A stretch of DNA of 64,000 nt, from contig JAUWOR010000001.1 in NCBI GenBank assembly GCA_030612025.1, positions 32,001 to 96,000 of the forward strand, written 5' to 3'. The stretch comes from Dehalococcoidia bacterium. GTDB taxonomy: Bacteria > Chloroflexota > Dehalococcoidia > GIF9 > AB-539-J10. This document shows, one piece after another, positions 1 to 9,860 of this stretch; positions within the stretch are counted from its first letter, which is position 1; every line of letters begins with the position of its first letter. The position numbers were made by a program, and so were the translations under genes. Below the pieces are notes generated by a model. That model made no database searches, had not been told where the DNA came from, and was given only the letters and a program-made list of their open reading frames with translations.

Positions 1-41
1 TTCGGAACCGGGGGTCGTGGGTTCAAATCCCTCTAGGCGCG
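1..41 (+). tRNA. tRNA-Arg(TCG), 3' half (truncated by window start)
   Basis: T-TCG-GA anticodon loop, ACCGG stem half, GGGTC variable loop, GTGGG-TTCAAAT-CCCTC T-arm, TAGGCGC-G acceptor strand. Confidence 0.8.
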
Positions 42-42
42 C

Positions 43-672
43 TTAAAAATCGCTAAGCGATTTTCGCATTCCTTTCAAATATGAAGTGTCATTATGCTTA
101 GTCAGGATGAAACAACCATCTATATAGTCAAAAGTTGTGATTCCGCCCACATCCTGCCTAATATGCCAAAAGTGCGAGTTATCCAGCCTCAATAGGGAAC
201 ATATCAAAACTTTGTTCACCACCCGATGAGATATCAATGCTACGCTCCCCTTGTATTTAGAAACTACCTCGTTAACTACAGCAAGGACTCTTTTCCTTAC
301 ATCACCTAGACTCTCACCACCAGGCATTTTTACCAGATGGGGATTAGTATGCCACTCACTATGAAGAGCCGAATATAATTTCTTCACTTCCTTATCAGGT
401 AAGCCTTGCCATTCCCCATAATCAAAATCTATAAGACCATCGCTAACTTGCGCACCGACACCTTGGTATCGAGCTACAATATTCGCCGTATCCAATGCCC
501 GCCTTAGCGGGCTAGAATAAATAGCGTCTAATTTTAAATCGCTCAAATATTTGCCCAGCAATTCTGCTTGTTTAATGCCCATCTCGTCTAGAGCTACATC
601 AGCTCTTCCCCTATATATTTCACCCACATTCCACTCAGTCTCCCCATGCCTTACCAAAATAATTTCTGCCAT
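43..672 (-). CDS. Histidine phosphatase family protein (phosphoglycerate mutase/CobC-like)
   Basis: LVRHGETEWN, SSPLRRA, PGGES and SH motifs; likely start MAEII at 672. Confidence 0.9.
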   Translation of the reverse strand: MAEIILVRHGETEWNVGEIYRGRADVALDEMGIKQAELLGKYLSDLKLDAIYSSPLRRALDTANIVARYQGVGAQVSDGLIDFDYGEWQGLPDKEVKKLYSALHSEWHTNPHLVKMPGGESLGDVRKRVLAVVNEVVSKYKGSVALISHRVVNKVLICSLLRLDNSHFWHIRQDVGGITTFDYIDGCFILTKHNDTSYLKGMRKSLSDF

Positions 673-811
673 AAGCCCATCCAATATGTTCCCTTAGCTT
701 CCCTGCCATAAACTTTCGTTCAAAAAGGGAACAAAGGTATACTCGTTCATCTGATTAGCGACACGCATAAGCTCCTTCTATATTGGATTTATTTTTACTT
801 TCGAACAGCCT

Positions 812-1201
812 CTAGGGCTGCGACGGCTCAATCCGTTCCGGGTTTACTACCTTTTTCCAAGCCTCAAGACCATTCACAAAGGCAGGTACACCGGCAGCCG
901 ACAAGCATATCTCAAGGGCCTCTAAAATCTCTTTTTTGGTGCAGCCATACTTCAAGGCCAGCTTGACGTGGTTAGCGATATAGTCTACATTCGCCTTAAC
1001 CGCTGTTAAGCTGACCGTGTAGATAAGCTCTTTGGTTTTGGCGTCCAGTGTACGCGGATTAGTATATTCCGCTTGGATGAGCGTGTTATAGGCTTTAAGA
1101 AACTCGAAATCCTCAGCACACATGACTTTGTGAAAGTCTAAGACATAACCTCGCTCCTTGTACATCTTGTCAATGTAGGTCTGCTTTTCGGTGTCTGTCA
1201 T
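812..1201 (-). CDS. Carboxymuconolactone decarboxylase (CMD/AhpD-like) family protein
   Basis: LDAKTKELI...HVKLALKYGCTKKEILEAL...AGVP pattern. Confidence 0.8.
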   Translation of the reverse strand: MTDTEKQTYIDKMYKERGYVLDFHKVMCAEDFEFLKAYNTLIQAEYTNPRTLDAKTKELIYTVSLTAVKANVDYIANHVKLALKYGCTKKEILEALEICLSAAGVPAFVNGLEAWKKVVNPERIEPSQP

Positions 1202-2126
1202 GATTAGCTACCCCCTTTTTCTTACTATATTTTTGGCCGCGTACCTTTACACCACAACATTCCTCGATAAACTTCACTATACTGGTGTGGCACATATCGC
1301 TGCCGCCTTTGGCCACAGCGTAATTGTACACCTGCTGAACAATAGTCCCAAGGAACATCGGCACATGGAGTTCCTCTCCCAACCGTACTGCCATCCCTAC
1401 ATCCTTGTGCATCAGACTGACGGTAAAGCCGGAGTTAAAAGCGCCATTCAGCACGAAAGTAGGAAACTTATACTCGCTAGAGTAGCTGCGCCCGCTGCTG
1501 TTGTTGATGGCAGCAAGTACCAGCTCAGGGTTAAGTCCAAGCTTTGCAGCAGCTACTAGAGCCTCTGAGGTAATAATCATAGTGCATGCTGAGCACATAT
1601 TATTCAGACACTTTACTGCATGTCCTGCGCCGATATTCCCTACATGCGTGATTTTGCTTCCCATAGCTTCAAGTATAGAGCGGCATTCTTTAAGGACCTT
1701 CTCGTCGCCGCCTACCATGATAGCCAAGGTTCCTTCCCTAGCACCCCTAACACCGCCGCTGACCGGCGCGTCAAGCATGCGAGCACCTTTCTTCGCCAGC
1801 TTCTTGCTTAACATCCTAGTACTATATGCGTAGGAGCTACTCATATCGATAAGAATACTGCTCGGTGTCACTCCCTCTATAACTCCGTCCGGGCCCAGGA
1901 CCGTAGCCTCTACCTCAGCAGAAGAGGGGAGCATAGTAATCACTACCGGGCATTGCCTGGCTACATCCTTAGGAGATGAAGCCTGCTCTACACCTTCAAG
2001 CGCCAGCGCCTCCATGGCTTCCTTCCTGATGTCATATATGGTGACAGCGTATCCGGCTTTTATCAGATCGCACACCATAGGTGTTCCCATCGCACCAACA
2101 CCTATAAAACCGACCTTTAGCTTCAT
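1170..2126 (-). CDS. NAD(P)-dependent oxidoreductase, 3-hydroxyisobutyrate dehydrogenase family
   Basis: GFIGVGAMG Rossmann motif, DAPVSGG, GAGHAVKCLNN; AGGAGG RBS. Confidence 0.9.
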   Translation of the reverse strand: MKLKVGFIGVGAMGTPMVCDLIKAGYAVTIYDIRKEAMEALALEGVEQASSPKDVARQCPVVITMLPSSAEVEATVLGPDGVIEGVTPSSILIDMSSSYAYSTRMLSKKLAKKGARMLDAPVSGGVRGAREGTLAIMVGGDEKVLKECRSILEAMGSKITHVGNIGAGHAVKCLNNMCSACTMIITSEALVAAAKLGLNPELVLAAINNSSGRSYSSEYKFPTFVLNGAFNSGFTVSLMHKDVGMAVRLGEELHVPMFLGTIVQQVYNYAVAKGGSDMCHTSIVKFIEECCGVKVRGQKYSKKKGVANHDRHRKADLH

Positions 2127-2277
2127 TGTCCCTCCTTTCTTTCATTCAATAATTTAATATGATTGGTGAGATATCGCTTCCTTTTTTCAAATTTTTGGTA
2201 GCACGTCAAAGAGCTGCCTTTCGCCCATCATACTCCTTGCCGAGGGAGAGCCAAAGGCATCACAGTAATCATAGTTT

Positions 2278-2379
2278 TCATAAAATGCCAATTATCTCTA
2301 CCTCAGCAAAATACTTTGAAAATACCTCTTCTGCCACTTCTAACTTCACCGGGTTTCGTGAACCAAGCAACACTTTCAC
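2278..2379 (-). pseudogene. N-terminal fragment of a YjjX/DUF84-like inosine/xanthosine triphosphatase
   Basis: Manual translation MKVLLGSRNPVKLEVAEEVFSKYFAEVEIIGIL* resembles the GSxNPVK N-terminus of DUF84 proteins; stops after 33 aa. Confidence 0.6.
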
Positions 2380-2596
2380 CTTACTAATTCTTCTCTATGA
2401 TAACCCACTAACGGCCCACCTTCAAAACCTGTGCCCTATTAAACAAAGTGTCAGAATGTTTAGGAGTATTTACGGCATGCAAGCAATAGTTTCCACACCC
2501 TAGAAGAGCAGCGCTATTTGCCTTATAATTATGCAAGCCTAAGCAATATATTCGGGCCCTCAGTATCGTAATGAGTTTGCCCAGAGGTTTGCTGAC

Positions 2597-2971
2597 GTGG
2601 TAAGAAAAATTCGGATAAAAGCTGGCTCAATTGAAGCAATAGCTGAGTTAAATGATACCAAGATAGCTCAAGTGATTTGGGAAACATTACCCATCAAAGG
2701 CCATGTCAATCTCTGGGGAGAGGAAATATACTTCTCAATTCCTCTTAACCTTGAGTTAGAAGATGGGAGGGAATTGGTAAGCACCGGGGATTTGGGTTAC
2801 TGGCCTCAAGGTACCGCCTTTTGCATCTTCTTCGGACCAACTCCAATTAGTCGAGGAGACAAAATTCGCCCGGCAAGTCCGGTTACCGTGTTTGGCAAGG
2901 TCATCAGCAAGCTTGCCGTGTTTAAGCAAGTAATCTCAGGAACTGAAATCACTATCGAGAAGGGGGAGTAA
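2597..2971 (+). CDS. Cyclophilin-like fold protein (TM1367-like)
   Basis: WGEEIYF, GDLGYWPQGTAFCIFFGPTP motifs. Confidence 0.85.
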   Translation: MVRKIRIKAGSIEAIAELNDTKIAQVIWETLPIKGHVNLWGEEIYFSIPLNLELEDGRELVSTGDLGYWPQGTAFCIFFGPTPISRGDKIRPASPVTVFGKVISKLAVFKQVISGTEITIEKGE

Positions 2972-4344
2972 TGGCTAAAATGGTTAAAAGAGAAGTTTAC
3001 TATTTCGATGAACCGGGAGAAAGAAATACTCAGTTAGTACTCGAAGCTGTCTCTCATCGGCTGGAGGCCGGTGGAATCAGAAAGGTCATTATTGCCAGCA
3101 CCTCTGGCGAGACTGCCGCTAAATTTGCCCGTAAGCTCAAGGATAAGGCTGAGTTGATTTGTGTCTCAGAGGCACCATACCGGCGGGAATGGGATGAAGA
3201 ATGGCCCTGTCTGAAACAGGAATTTAGAGAGGAGCTGGAGAGACTCAGAGTTGCCATTGTCGATAGAGCACCCTACGTTTTCCATGATTCAGTATTAGAG
3301 GCTGCCCGCTGGACCAGTATCTTTCCTGAGCGGCTGGTGAAGGAAACACTATACTGCTTTGGACAGGGAATGAAGGTAGCTGTGGAGGTTGCTTTGATGG
3401 CGGCTTCTTGCGGCTACGCAATCCCTTATGAAGATGTGATAGGTGTTGGTGGGTCGGGGAAGGGAGCAGATACAGCTATTGTACTTCGAGCTACTTATCC
3501 TGCTTCCCTGTTTGACAAAGACTCGGGGAAAAGGCTAGAGATAAAAGAAGTAATTGCTCTATGCCTACTTCCAAGAAGTGGTGGGAATAGGCCCGAACTT
3601 GTAGTGACACAGAGGCAATGGAGGCAAAACATAACTCATCGTTACTGGAATTATCTATTTAGTCTAGTCATAGTTCTGGCAATCTTTTGTTGTAGCTGCG
3701 CCAAGCCAGCTACCATACCAGCACCAATACCTTCTCCAGAACAAGAAAACACCGTAAAGCTACCTGAACCGAGATATGACAGCGATGTATCTCTTGAGCA
3801 AAGTCTGCTTCAGAGAAGGTCAATCAGAACCTACACAGGCGAGCCGCTAACACTTCAAGAGGTATCTCAACTTCTATGGGCAGCCCAAGGGATAACCGAT
3901 CCGAGGGGTTTCAGGACTGCTCCATCTGCAGGAGCTCTCTATCCACTCGAGGTGTATGTGGTGGCTGGCGATGTTCAGGGTTTGACCCTGGGTGTTTACA
4001 GATATGAACCTGAGCAACATCAACTCATTAGAGTCATAGATGGTGACAAGAGAGACAGCCTAGCTGATGCTGCCCTAACGCAGCCCTGGGTGAAGGAGGG
4101 CGCTGTGGTCTTCGTATTCACTGCCGTTTATGAGAGAACAACAGCTAAATATGATGACAGGGGCATAAGGTATGTGCATATCGAAGTGGGACATGCTGCT
4201 CAGAACTTGTGCCTCCAGGCAACAGCAATGGGCTTGGGAGCAGTCACTGTAGGTGCGTTTCACGATGAAGCAGTAGCCGAACTCCTGAATCTACCACAGG
4301 ATGAACAGCCTCTGTATATAATTCCTGTAGGCCGCAAACAGTGA
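2971..4344 (+). CDS. Apparent frameshift fusion: pyruvate-kinase alpha/beta-domain (MTH1675-like) protein plus lipoprotein SagB/ThcOx-type nitroreductase
   Basis: N-half YFDEPGERNT, ASTSGET, GMKVAVE, GADTA; C-half RRSIR, RTAPSAGALYP, EVGHAAQN; natural end MPTSKKWWE* lies in another frame at 3561-3590. Confidence 0.75.
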   Translation: MAKMVKREVYYFDEPGERNTQLVLEAVSHRLEAGGIRKVIIASTSGETAAKFARKLKDKAELICVSEAPYRREWDEEWPCLKQEFREELERLRVAIVDRAPYVFHDSVLEAARWTSIFPERLVKETLYCFGQGMKVAVEVALMAASCGYAIPYEDVIGVGGSGKGADTAIVLRATYPASLFDKDSGKRLEIKEVIALCLLPRSGGNRPELVVTQRQWRQNITHRYWNYLFSLVIVLAIFCCSCAKPATIPAPIPSPEQENTVKLPEPRYDSDVSLEQSLLQRRSIRTYTGEPLTLQEVSQLLWAAQGITDPRGFRTAPSAGALYPLEVYVVAGDVQGLTLGVYRYEPEQHQLIRVIDGDKRDSLADAALTQPWVKEGAVVFVFTAVYERTTAKYDDRGIRYVHIEVGHAAQNLCLQATAMGLGAVTVGAFHDEAVAELLNLPQDEQPLYIIPVGRKQ

Positions 4345-4577
4345 AAAGTGATACCCGCCCTTAATATCCAATACCCCGAGTAACATCATTCTCCCGTCCT
4401 TTGCCTAGATTAGGCCCAAGTCCTTCAGTCTTACCCTGCCTTAACTGACTTTTGACTCTATCTTACACAGTCGGGGGAAATGAGTTAGCAAACAATACAT
4501 TGGTTTGTTACCTCAGTGAGCCTGGAAGAAGAAGGATACCGACCAGCTTTGAAATGACCTTCGGAGTTTTCCAGCTC

Positions 4578-4663
4578 CCTCAAAGTCTATAGCTATCTCG
4601 ATAATATACTAACAAATATAGCTCTCTAAGCAAGTCGGACTCGTTGTGGCGAATAATCTGTTG
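4578..4663 (-). repeat. Displaced copy of the 3' end of the RNase H-like gene (direct repeat of 9147-9232)
   Basis: Encodes QQIIRHNESDLLRELYLLVYYRDSYRL* versus ...YRF* in the intact gene; differences almost all synonymous. Confidence 0.95.
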
Positions 4664-4782
4664 TTGAGCAATCTTGCTCCCCTGTGGATACCACTTACAA
4701 ACTTCTCGGCCTATCTTCTAGCTTCCTATATACCACATTCGCTTGTGGATACTTCGAAGAGATGACACTAAATACATCTTAC

Positions 4783-4848
4783 GGACTTTAGTCCTAATGA
4801 AACCTAGGACTAAGTTCCCATTGACCTTTTTTGGGGGGGGGCTAAAAT
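4783..4848 (+). promoter_or_regulatory. Promoter TTGACC-16-TAAAAT with T6G9 spacer and upstream inverted operator pair
   Basis: GGACTTTAGTCCTA (4783-4796) and TAGGACTAAGTTCC (4805-4818) are inverted copies; -35 at 4821, -10 at 4843. Confidence 0.6.
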
Positions 4849-4975
4849 TAGCCTAGAAAACGGCGATAGCTAGCCGGAAAAGGGGGGTGGTAGCTTTGAA
4901 CGCCAGAGATAGCCCATGAGTCGCCGGGGAAAAGGTTTTTAGACTGTGTGTAACAAATAATCTAAGGAGGTAAAC

Positions 4976-6097
4976 ATGAAAAGGAAACTATCAATAGTCT
5001 TAGCTATTGCATTGACCTTAATTTTGTCATTATCGAGTGTAGCTTTTGCTGCTGGAGACAAGGTAACTGAAGAGGAGGTTGATGTAGCTCAGGACGCAGG
5101 ACAGGCCTGGCTGGATAGAATAGCTGCCCTCACCGGCGAGCCTTCAGAATGGATTGGTGCTCATCTAACAGCACCGCAGGTTTATTATGACCTGAAGGGA
5201 CAACCAAATGCCTACATGTTTGCCATGGAGAATGACGGCATGGTTGTCGGGCATATTATCGTTGGCAGTTCGGCCTATGGTTATCCCGTATTCCAAGCTG
5301 GAGAATCTGCCCCTCCTTCAATTCCGACTGCCGATGAAGTGAAATCTAGCATAGAAAGGGATTTAGGATTAAAGATAGCCAAGGAAAGTATTGGCGAGCC
5401 AAGTTGTTTGCTATATTTGGGCATTGATAAACTATACGCTATATATGAAGTTGAAGGGCAAACAATAGGAGTAAATCTCATTTCGGAGCGCGCCACATTG
5501 GCATCAAACCTGAAATCCTATATGCCTTCTCCAGAGGAATATAAAGCCGCTAAGAAAGAAGCCAAGGGGTCGAAACCCCTATCACTGAGAAGCTCTGGTT
5601 ACTATTGGCTGGTGATGGAGTACTACAGGGAGGGAGAGCGCAAGTGGTGTGGTCCTTGCTCAGGAGTGTCAATCGGGCGGTACTACCGAACAGAGCATGA
5701 GCCTAGCTATGACGATTTACCCTCTCCTGATTCGTACATGTACGATTGGCTTCGGTTTGAGATGGGTGTTCCAACTACGCCGGGAAACTATGGGCCCGCA
5801 TTCATAGCGATGACCGAGGACTGCTCCGGTCACTATGATAATTTCAGCTATGTTAACAACTATCATCTGGAGGATAGCGACTATTGGACTGTAGTAGATG
5901 ATATAGATAGCAGCTGGCCACTAGGACTAGAGATAACGGATGAATGGCATTGGAGAGCCATAAAAGGCTATTCTTACAATACAGATACCGATAGATATGA
6001 AGTAATTTGCACTAACTCAGCGACGCCTTCCGATTGGGAACGTATTGACTGGCTTCTCCTGGGGTGGTGGGATTTTACGTGTTGCATTAAAGACTAG
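4976..6097 (+). CDS. Secreted papain-fold (C39/C10-like) cysteine peptidase with probable prodomain
   Basis: Signal peptide ending AFA; candidate triad WCGPC, HWRAIKGY, CTNS; AAGGAGG RBS. Confidence 0.65.
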   Translation: MKRKLSIVLAIALTLILSLSSVAFAAGDKVTEEEVDVAQDAGQAWLDRIAALTGEPSEWIGAHLTAPQVYYDLKGQPNAYMFAMENDGMVVGHIIVGSSAYGYPVFQAGESAPPSIPTADEVKSSIERDLGLKIAKESIGEPSCLLYLGIDKLYAIYEVEGQTIGVNLISERATLASNLKSYMPSPEEYKAAKKEAKGSKPLSLRSSGYYWLVMEYYREGERKWCGPCSGVSIGRYYRTEHEPSYDDLPSPDSYMYDWLRFEMGVPTTPGNYGPAFIAMTEDCSGHYDNFSYVNNYHLEDSDYWTVVDDIDSSWPLGLEITDEWHWRAIKGYSYNTDTDRYEVICTNSATPSDWERIDWLLLGWWDFTCCIKD

Positions 6098-6114
6098 CCG
6101 GATAAGCATAGCTA

Positions 6115-6158
6115 AAAGCAGGCGTCTCTTCCTGTAAGACTTGAGAGACGCTTGCTTT
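6115..6158 (+). terminator. Stem-loop after the peptidase gene
   Basis: AAAGCAGGCGTCTCT ... AGAGACGCTTGCTTT. Confidence 0.6.
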
Positions 6159-6208
6159 ACTATTATACGCTTTGGAGCTAAGATACTTCGACAGGGCAGG
6201 AAAGTTTC

Positions 6209-7597
6209 ATGTTACGACGGATCGTGGTATTAGCATTGATTGTTGGCATGCTTTTTAGCACAAGCTGTATTTGTCTCTTTTACGCATCGTCTGTTGAATG
6301 CCCCGGTGTAACAGGTGACAATTCAGGTGGTGCTATCGTGGCCTACGAAGTCTATAAAGGTAATAGCCGAAATGTTTATGTCCAAAGAATAGGCCCTGGG
6401 GGGAAAATCTTATGGGGTGAGAAAGGTGTGCCGCTATACATCGCCCAAGGTTGCACTGAGGGCGGCGGCAAGACCGCTCTAGCAGTGGCTGATGGCTATG
6501 GTGGTGTCATCTTAGTTTGGTGGGAGGAACAGGGCCTTTTCGCCCAAAAGATGGATTCCGAGGGCTATGCCTTGTGGCAGGAAGGGGGGATATTAGCCTC
6601 CACCGGTTATGTTGGGAACTACAAGATGGTAAGCGATAGCCTGGGCGGAGCCATCATCTCATGGTCTGATGATTGGGGCAAGTTGTATCTTCAAAGGGTA
6701 GATTCTGAAGGTAGCCTTTTGTGGATGAAGGCTGGTGCTCCGATACACCTTAGAACACATCCTATGCCAGCTAGTCACGCATTCGATATAGCCAGTGATG
6801 ATTCGGGCGGCACCATTACTGTCTGGAAGAGTAAAGAAGGCAACATCTTTGCTCAGAAGATAGACTCTGAGGGCAACATTTTATGGCGTCAGGGTGGATT
6901 ATTGGTATCTGCCCCACATCAAGAAAGCCCTCAGGTAGTGAGCGATGGCTCAGGTGGAGCCATAATTGTTTGGATGCATCACGTACTATCAGAGAATGGC
7001 CATGGCTACAGCGGTTCAGATATTTATGCTCAGAGAATAGATGCCGAGGGCAATATTTTGTGGGAGCCAGATGGTGTGCCCATCTGTATTGGGTCGAAGG
7101 AGGCAGCTGTCCCTCATATCATAAGCGATGGCTTAGGCGGTGCCATCGTTACTTGGAGGGCTCCTTGCTCCATCTACGCTCAGAGAATAGATTCCAAAGG
7201 CAACATTTTATGGCCTGAAGATGGCATACAAGTTTGGGAGGCTGAAGGTCCCCAAAGCCCTCATTACTGTATAACAAGCGACGGTTTCAACGGAGCCATC
7301 ATTGTTTGGTGGTATGTTGAAGAAGGTAAATCGGTAGACCAAGGGGGCGTGCTCCGTGCTCAGCGGTTAGATCCTAGCGGGAGAAAACTATGGGAAACCA
7401 ATGGAACGCTAGTATCAACTGACCCTTCTTGGGGCTATTCCTACGGTCCAATAATCTCGGGAGATGGCCATGGTGGGGTCATTGTCTCCTGGACAGCTGG
7501 TAAACGCATGCATGCCTCAAACTTGTCTTATGTTCAGAGAATAGATGCTCAAGGCAACCGCTTATGGGGAGAAAAGGGGATCTTGCTAAATGGCTAG
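6209..7597 (+). CDS. Exported repeat (beta-propeller-like) protein
   Basis: About 8 repeats of SDGxGGAIIxW...YAQRIDxxGNILW; N-terminal signal/lipobox-like segment. Confidence 0.8.
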   Translation: MLRRIVVLALIVGMLFSTSCICLFYASSVECPGVTGDNSGGAIVAYEVYKGNSRNVYVQRIGPGGKILWGEKGVPLYIAQGCTEGGGKTALAVADGYGGVILVWWEEQGLFAQKMDSEGYALWQEGGILASTGYVGNYKMVSDSLGGAIISWSDDWGKLYLQRVDSEGSLLWMKAGAPIHLRTHPMPASHAFDIASDDSGGTITVWKSKEGNIFAQKIDSEGNILWRQGGLLVSAPHQESPQVVSDGSGGAIIVWMHHVLSENGHGYSGSDIYAQRIDAEGNILWEPDGVPICIGSKEAAVPHIISDGLGGAIVTWRAPCSIYAQRIDSKGNILWPEDGIQVWEAEGPQSPHYCITSDGFNGAIIVWWYVEEGKSVDQGGVLRAQRLDPSGRKLWETNGTLVSTDPSWGYSYGPIISGDGHGGVIVSWTAGKRMHASNLSYVQRIDAQGNRLWGEKGILLNG

Positions 7598-7647
7598 GAT
7601 TTACAGCCTTCCTCAAAGCCCATAGCTATTGCGGTAGTACACAGGCA

Positions 7648-7884
7648 GATGACATAGATAATGACTGGCCAACGGCACTAATGGGGCCTGACTTCAAATA
7701 CCTACCGGGAGATGAACCCCACTGGATCGCAATAAGGGGATACGAATATCCTTACCCTGGGTATGAGCACGAGCACGCAATAATGTGCACGGACTCAGCC
7801 ACGTGTACTAGCTACTTGCACCTCGACTGGGATAACTTAAGTATCCCTTTCCCGCCAGTTGAGACTGTCCTTATTATGGATTAA
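7648..7884 (+). pseudogene. Orphan C-terminal fragment of a paralogous papain-fold peptidase
   Basis: DDIDNDWP...HWIAIRGY...MCTDSAT...LDW...IMD* aligns with DDIDSSWP...HWRAIKGY...ICTNSAT...IDW...IKD* of 4976-6097; lacks catalytic Cys and a credible start. Confidence 0.8.
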
Positions 7885-7970
7885 GGTTAGTAAGTGTAAG
7901 GGAAACTTAATGTGGCAGGCATTAATTCTAAACTTTTATACGCCTGCCACGTTATTATTAAAAAGGGTAA

Positions 7971-9089
7971 ATGAGGAAATTTATGGGACGCTTTGTTATC
8001 GTCGCAGCAGTGTTACTGCTGTCCTTGTCGGGCGCTGGCTGCGATGTGACCTCCCCAGAGGCTAATGACGTGGTGGTGGACAAAATTGCCTTCGGCTCGG
8101 ATTTCGAAGATCCTGGCCAACATTTCTTTGTTTATACCATCAACCCCGACGGCAGTGACCTGACAAAGATAGGTGAAGCTGGGATTGCCTCTTTCAAATG
8201 GTCGCCTGACGGTACAAGAATTGCCTTCATTGGATATGACGGAGAGCTGTGGGTTGCCGATGCCAAGGGCATGAATGCCTCCAGGGTGGAGCTGGCTAAC
8301 ATGGAGCGTCTGCAACCCTGGATTGGATATACGCTTTCTTGGTCTCCCGATGGCACAGAGATTGTCGCTTCATGTGTATTTTACCTGTCAGCGGATGATT
8401 ACATAACCGAACTTTGTACCATAAATGTTGAAACCGGCGTGGTGGAAAAGTTAACGGACGCCCCTGATGACTATAAATACGCGCCATCATGGTCGCCCGA
8501 CGGCAGCCAAATCACCTTCACTGTTCCGGGTCCTCCCGACTCTATCTACCTGATTGATCCCGATGGCAGCAATCAAAGGCTCTTGGCCACCGTCCCACAA
8601 CTAGCTGGGCCAATTAGCTGGTCGCCCGACGGGAAACAGATAATGTATGCCGCCAGGGGGGAGGAGGGGTGTGGAGATGACGTATACCTAGATGACATAT
8701 ACCTGATGGATGTTGAACAGGGCACCAGTGTTAATTTAACCAACAGCCCTGATATGGATGACCAAGCTCCTGTCTGGTCACCTGATGGCACAAGGATTGC
8801 TTTCAGCTCCCAGAAACGTATGGGTACGGAGCAGATTTATGTGATGGATGCCGATGGCAGCAATGTAGTACAACTGACCGATGGAAAGGATGAAAAGCTT
8901 AATTTCTACTGGCCTTCGTGGTCACCCGATGGCAAAAGAATCGCTTTCACAGGCGAGTTAGTGCGTCTTGGCCCTGAGAGTGAACAATGGTGCGGCATTT
9001 TCGTTATGGATATCGACAGCCACAGCATGACCGAGCTCATTGGTTCTAAGGATGCTGATTATGGGCCCCCTGTCTGGTCACCTCGATAG
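7971..9089 (+). CDS. TolB-like PD40 beta-propeller lipoprotein
   Basis: Repeated WSPDG motifs; signal peptide with GAGC lipobox. Confidence 0.9.
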   Translation: MRKFMGRFVIVAAVLLLSLSGAGCDVTSPEANDVVVDKIAFGSDFEDPGQHFFVYTINPDGSDLTKIGEAGIASFKWSPDGTRIAFIGYDGELWVADAKGMNASRVELANMERLQPWIGYTLSWSPDGTEIVASCVFYLSADDYITELCTINVETGVVEKLTDAPDDYKYAPSWSPDGSQITFTVPGPPDSIYLIDPDGSNQRLLATVPQLAGPISWSPDGKQIMYAARGEEGCGDDVYLDDIYLMDVEQGTSVNLTNSPDMDDQAPVWSPDGTRIAFSSQKRMGTEQIYVMDADGSNVVQLTDGKDEKLNFYWPSWSPDGKRIAFTGELVRLGPESEQWCGIFVMDIDSHSMTELIGSKDADYGPPVWSPR

Positions 9090-9148
9090 GGAACAAGGCA
9101 GCAACGCAGGTTTCTAGCGACCAGCGACTTGCCAAATATTAATATGCC

Positions 9149-9685
9149 TCAAAACCTGTAGCTATCTCGGTAATATACTAACAAATATAGCTCTCTAAGC
9201 AGGTCGGACTCGTTGTGGCGAATAATCTGCTGCAAATAATCCCTATCCCCGGTCTTAAGAAACTTTTCCCATAATAAAGGGATATCCTTGCCACTTATCA
9301 CTGGCTCGCTAAAATAATGCTCTGCGTGGGTGAACAACTCATCCAATTTGGGCCATTTAAGACCAAGCTTTTCCGCTTTTTCCCTCCAGGGCTGGAATAA
9401 GTCTATCCCTTCTATATTCATTCCCCTGGCTTTAAGAAATTCTTTCTCAAAAGAGAGGTTGTAGGCATAGAATGGCTTGGGCAACTTGGGAATGAGTCCA
9501 GCAATCTGAGTGATAAAAGGCTCTTCGTCCTTTGAAGTGCGGCATATTATTTCGAGGCGACTCCCTTGAACATAGCCAAAAACCACTATCTCATCATGAA
9601 TTCTATCCAGCCCGGTAGTCTCTATATCAATTAAGGTTCCCTGTGGAATGCTTACCATTAACTCCCGACTATATGAGGTAATCAT
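9149..9685 (-). CDS. RNase H-like (YprB/MrfB-type DEDD) exonuclease domain protein
   Basis: IDIETTGL, YNLSFE, HNESD motifs. Confidence 0.85.
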   Translation of the reverse strand: MITSYSRELMVSIPQGTLIDIETTGLDRIHDEIVVFGYVQGSRLEIICRTSKDEEPFITQIAGLIPKLPKPFYAYNLSFEKEFLKARGMNIEGIDLFQPWREKAEKLGLKWPKLDELFTHAEHYFSEPVISGKDIPLLWEKFLKTGDRDYLQQIIRHNESDLLRELYLLVYYRDSYRF

Positions 9686-9860
9686 ATTTTCCCTCTCTTT
9701 CGCTAAGCATTATACGAGCTAGACTACACCAAAGATAGCACAATGAGCTAAAATTATAACCTCCCACACAACGTCTTATAAAACTCCTCTCATGTAATGA
9801 ATTTTTTCTTCCTTACAAGAGAGGTTAGGTGAGGGTGACTTTCCCCCTCCTTCTAACTCC

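Noticed and set aside
2159-2503. Plus-strand 114-aa ORF and the many short antisense ORFs in the track
   Set aside because: No motifs or RBS; they shadow better-supported genes or remnants on the other strand.
4682-4752. Two TGTGGATA DnaA-box-like sequences
   Set aside because: Only two imperfect boxes and no origin context.
7564-7647. Start of the 106-aa ORF at 7564
   Set aside because: Start lies inside the upstream gene; homology to the peptidase begins only near 7648, so it is treated as an orphan fragment.
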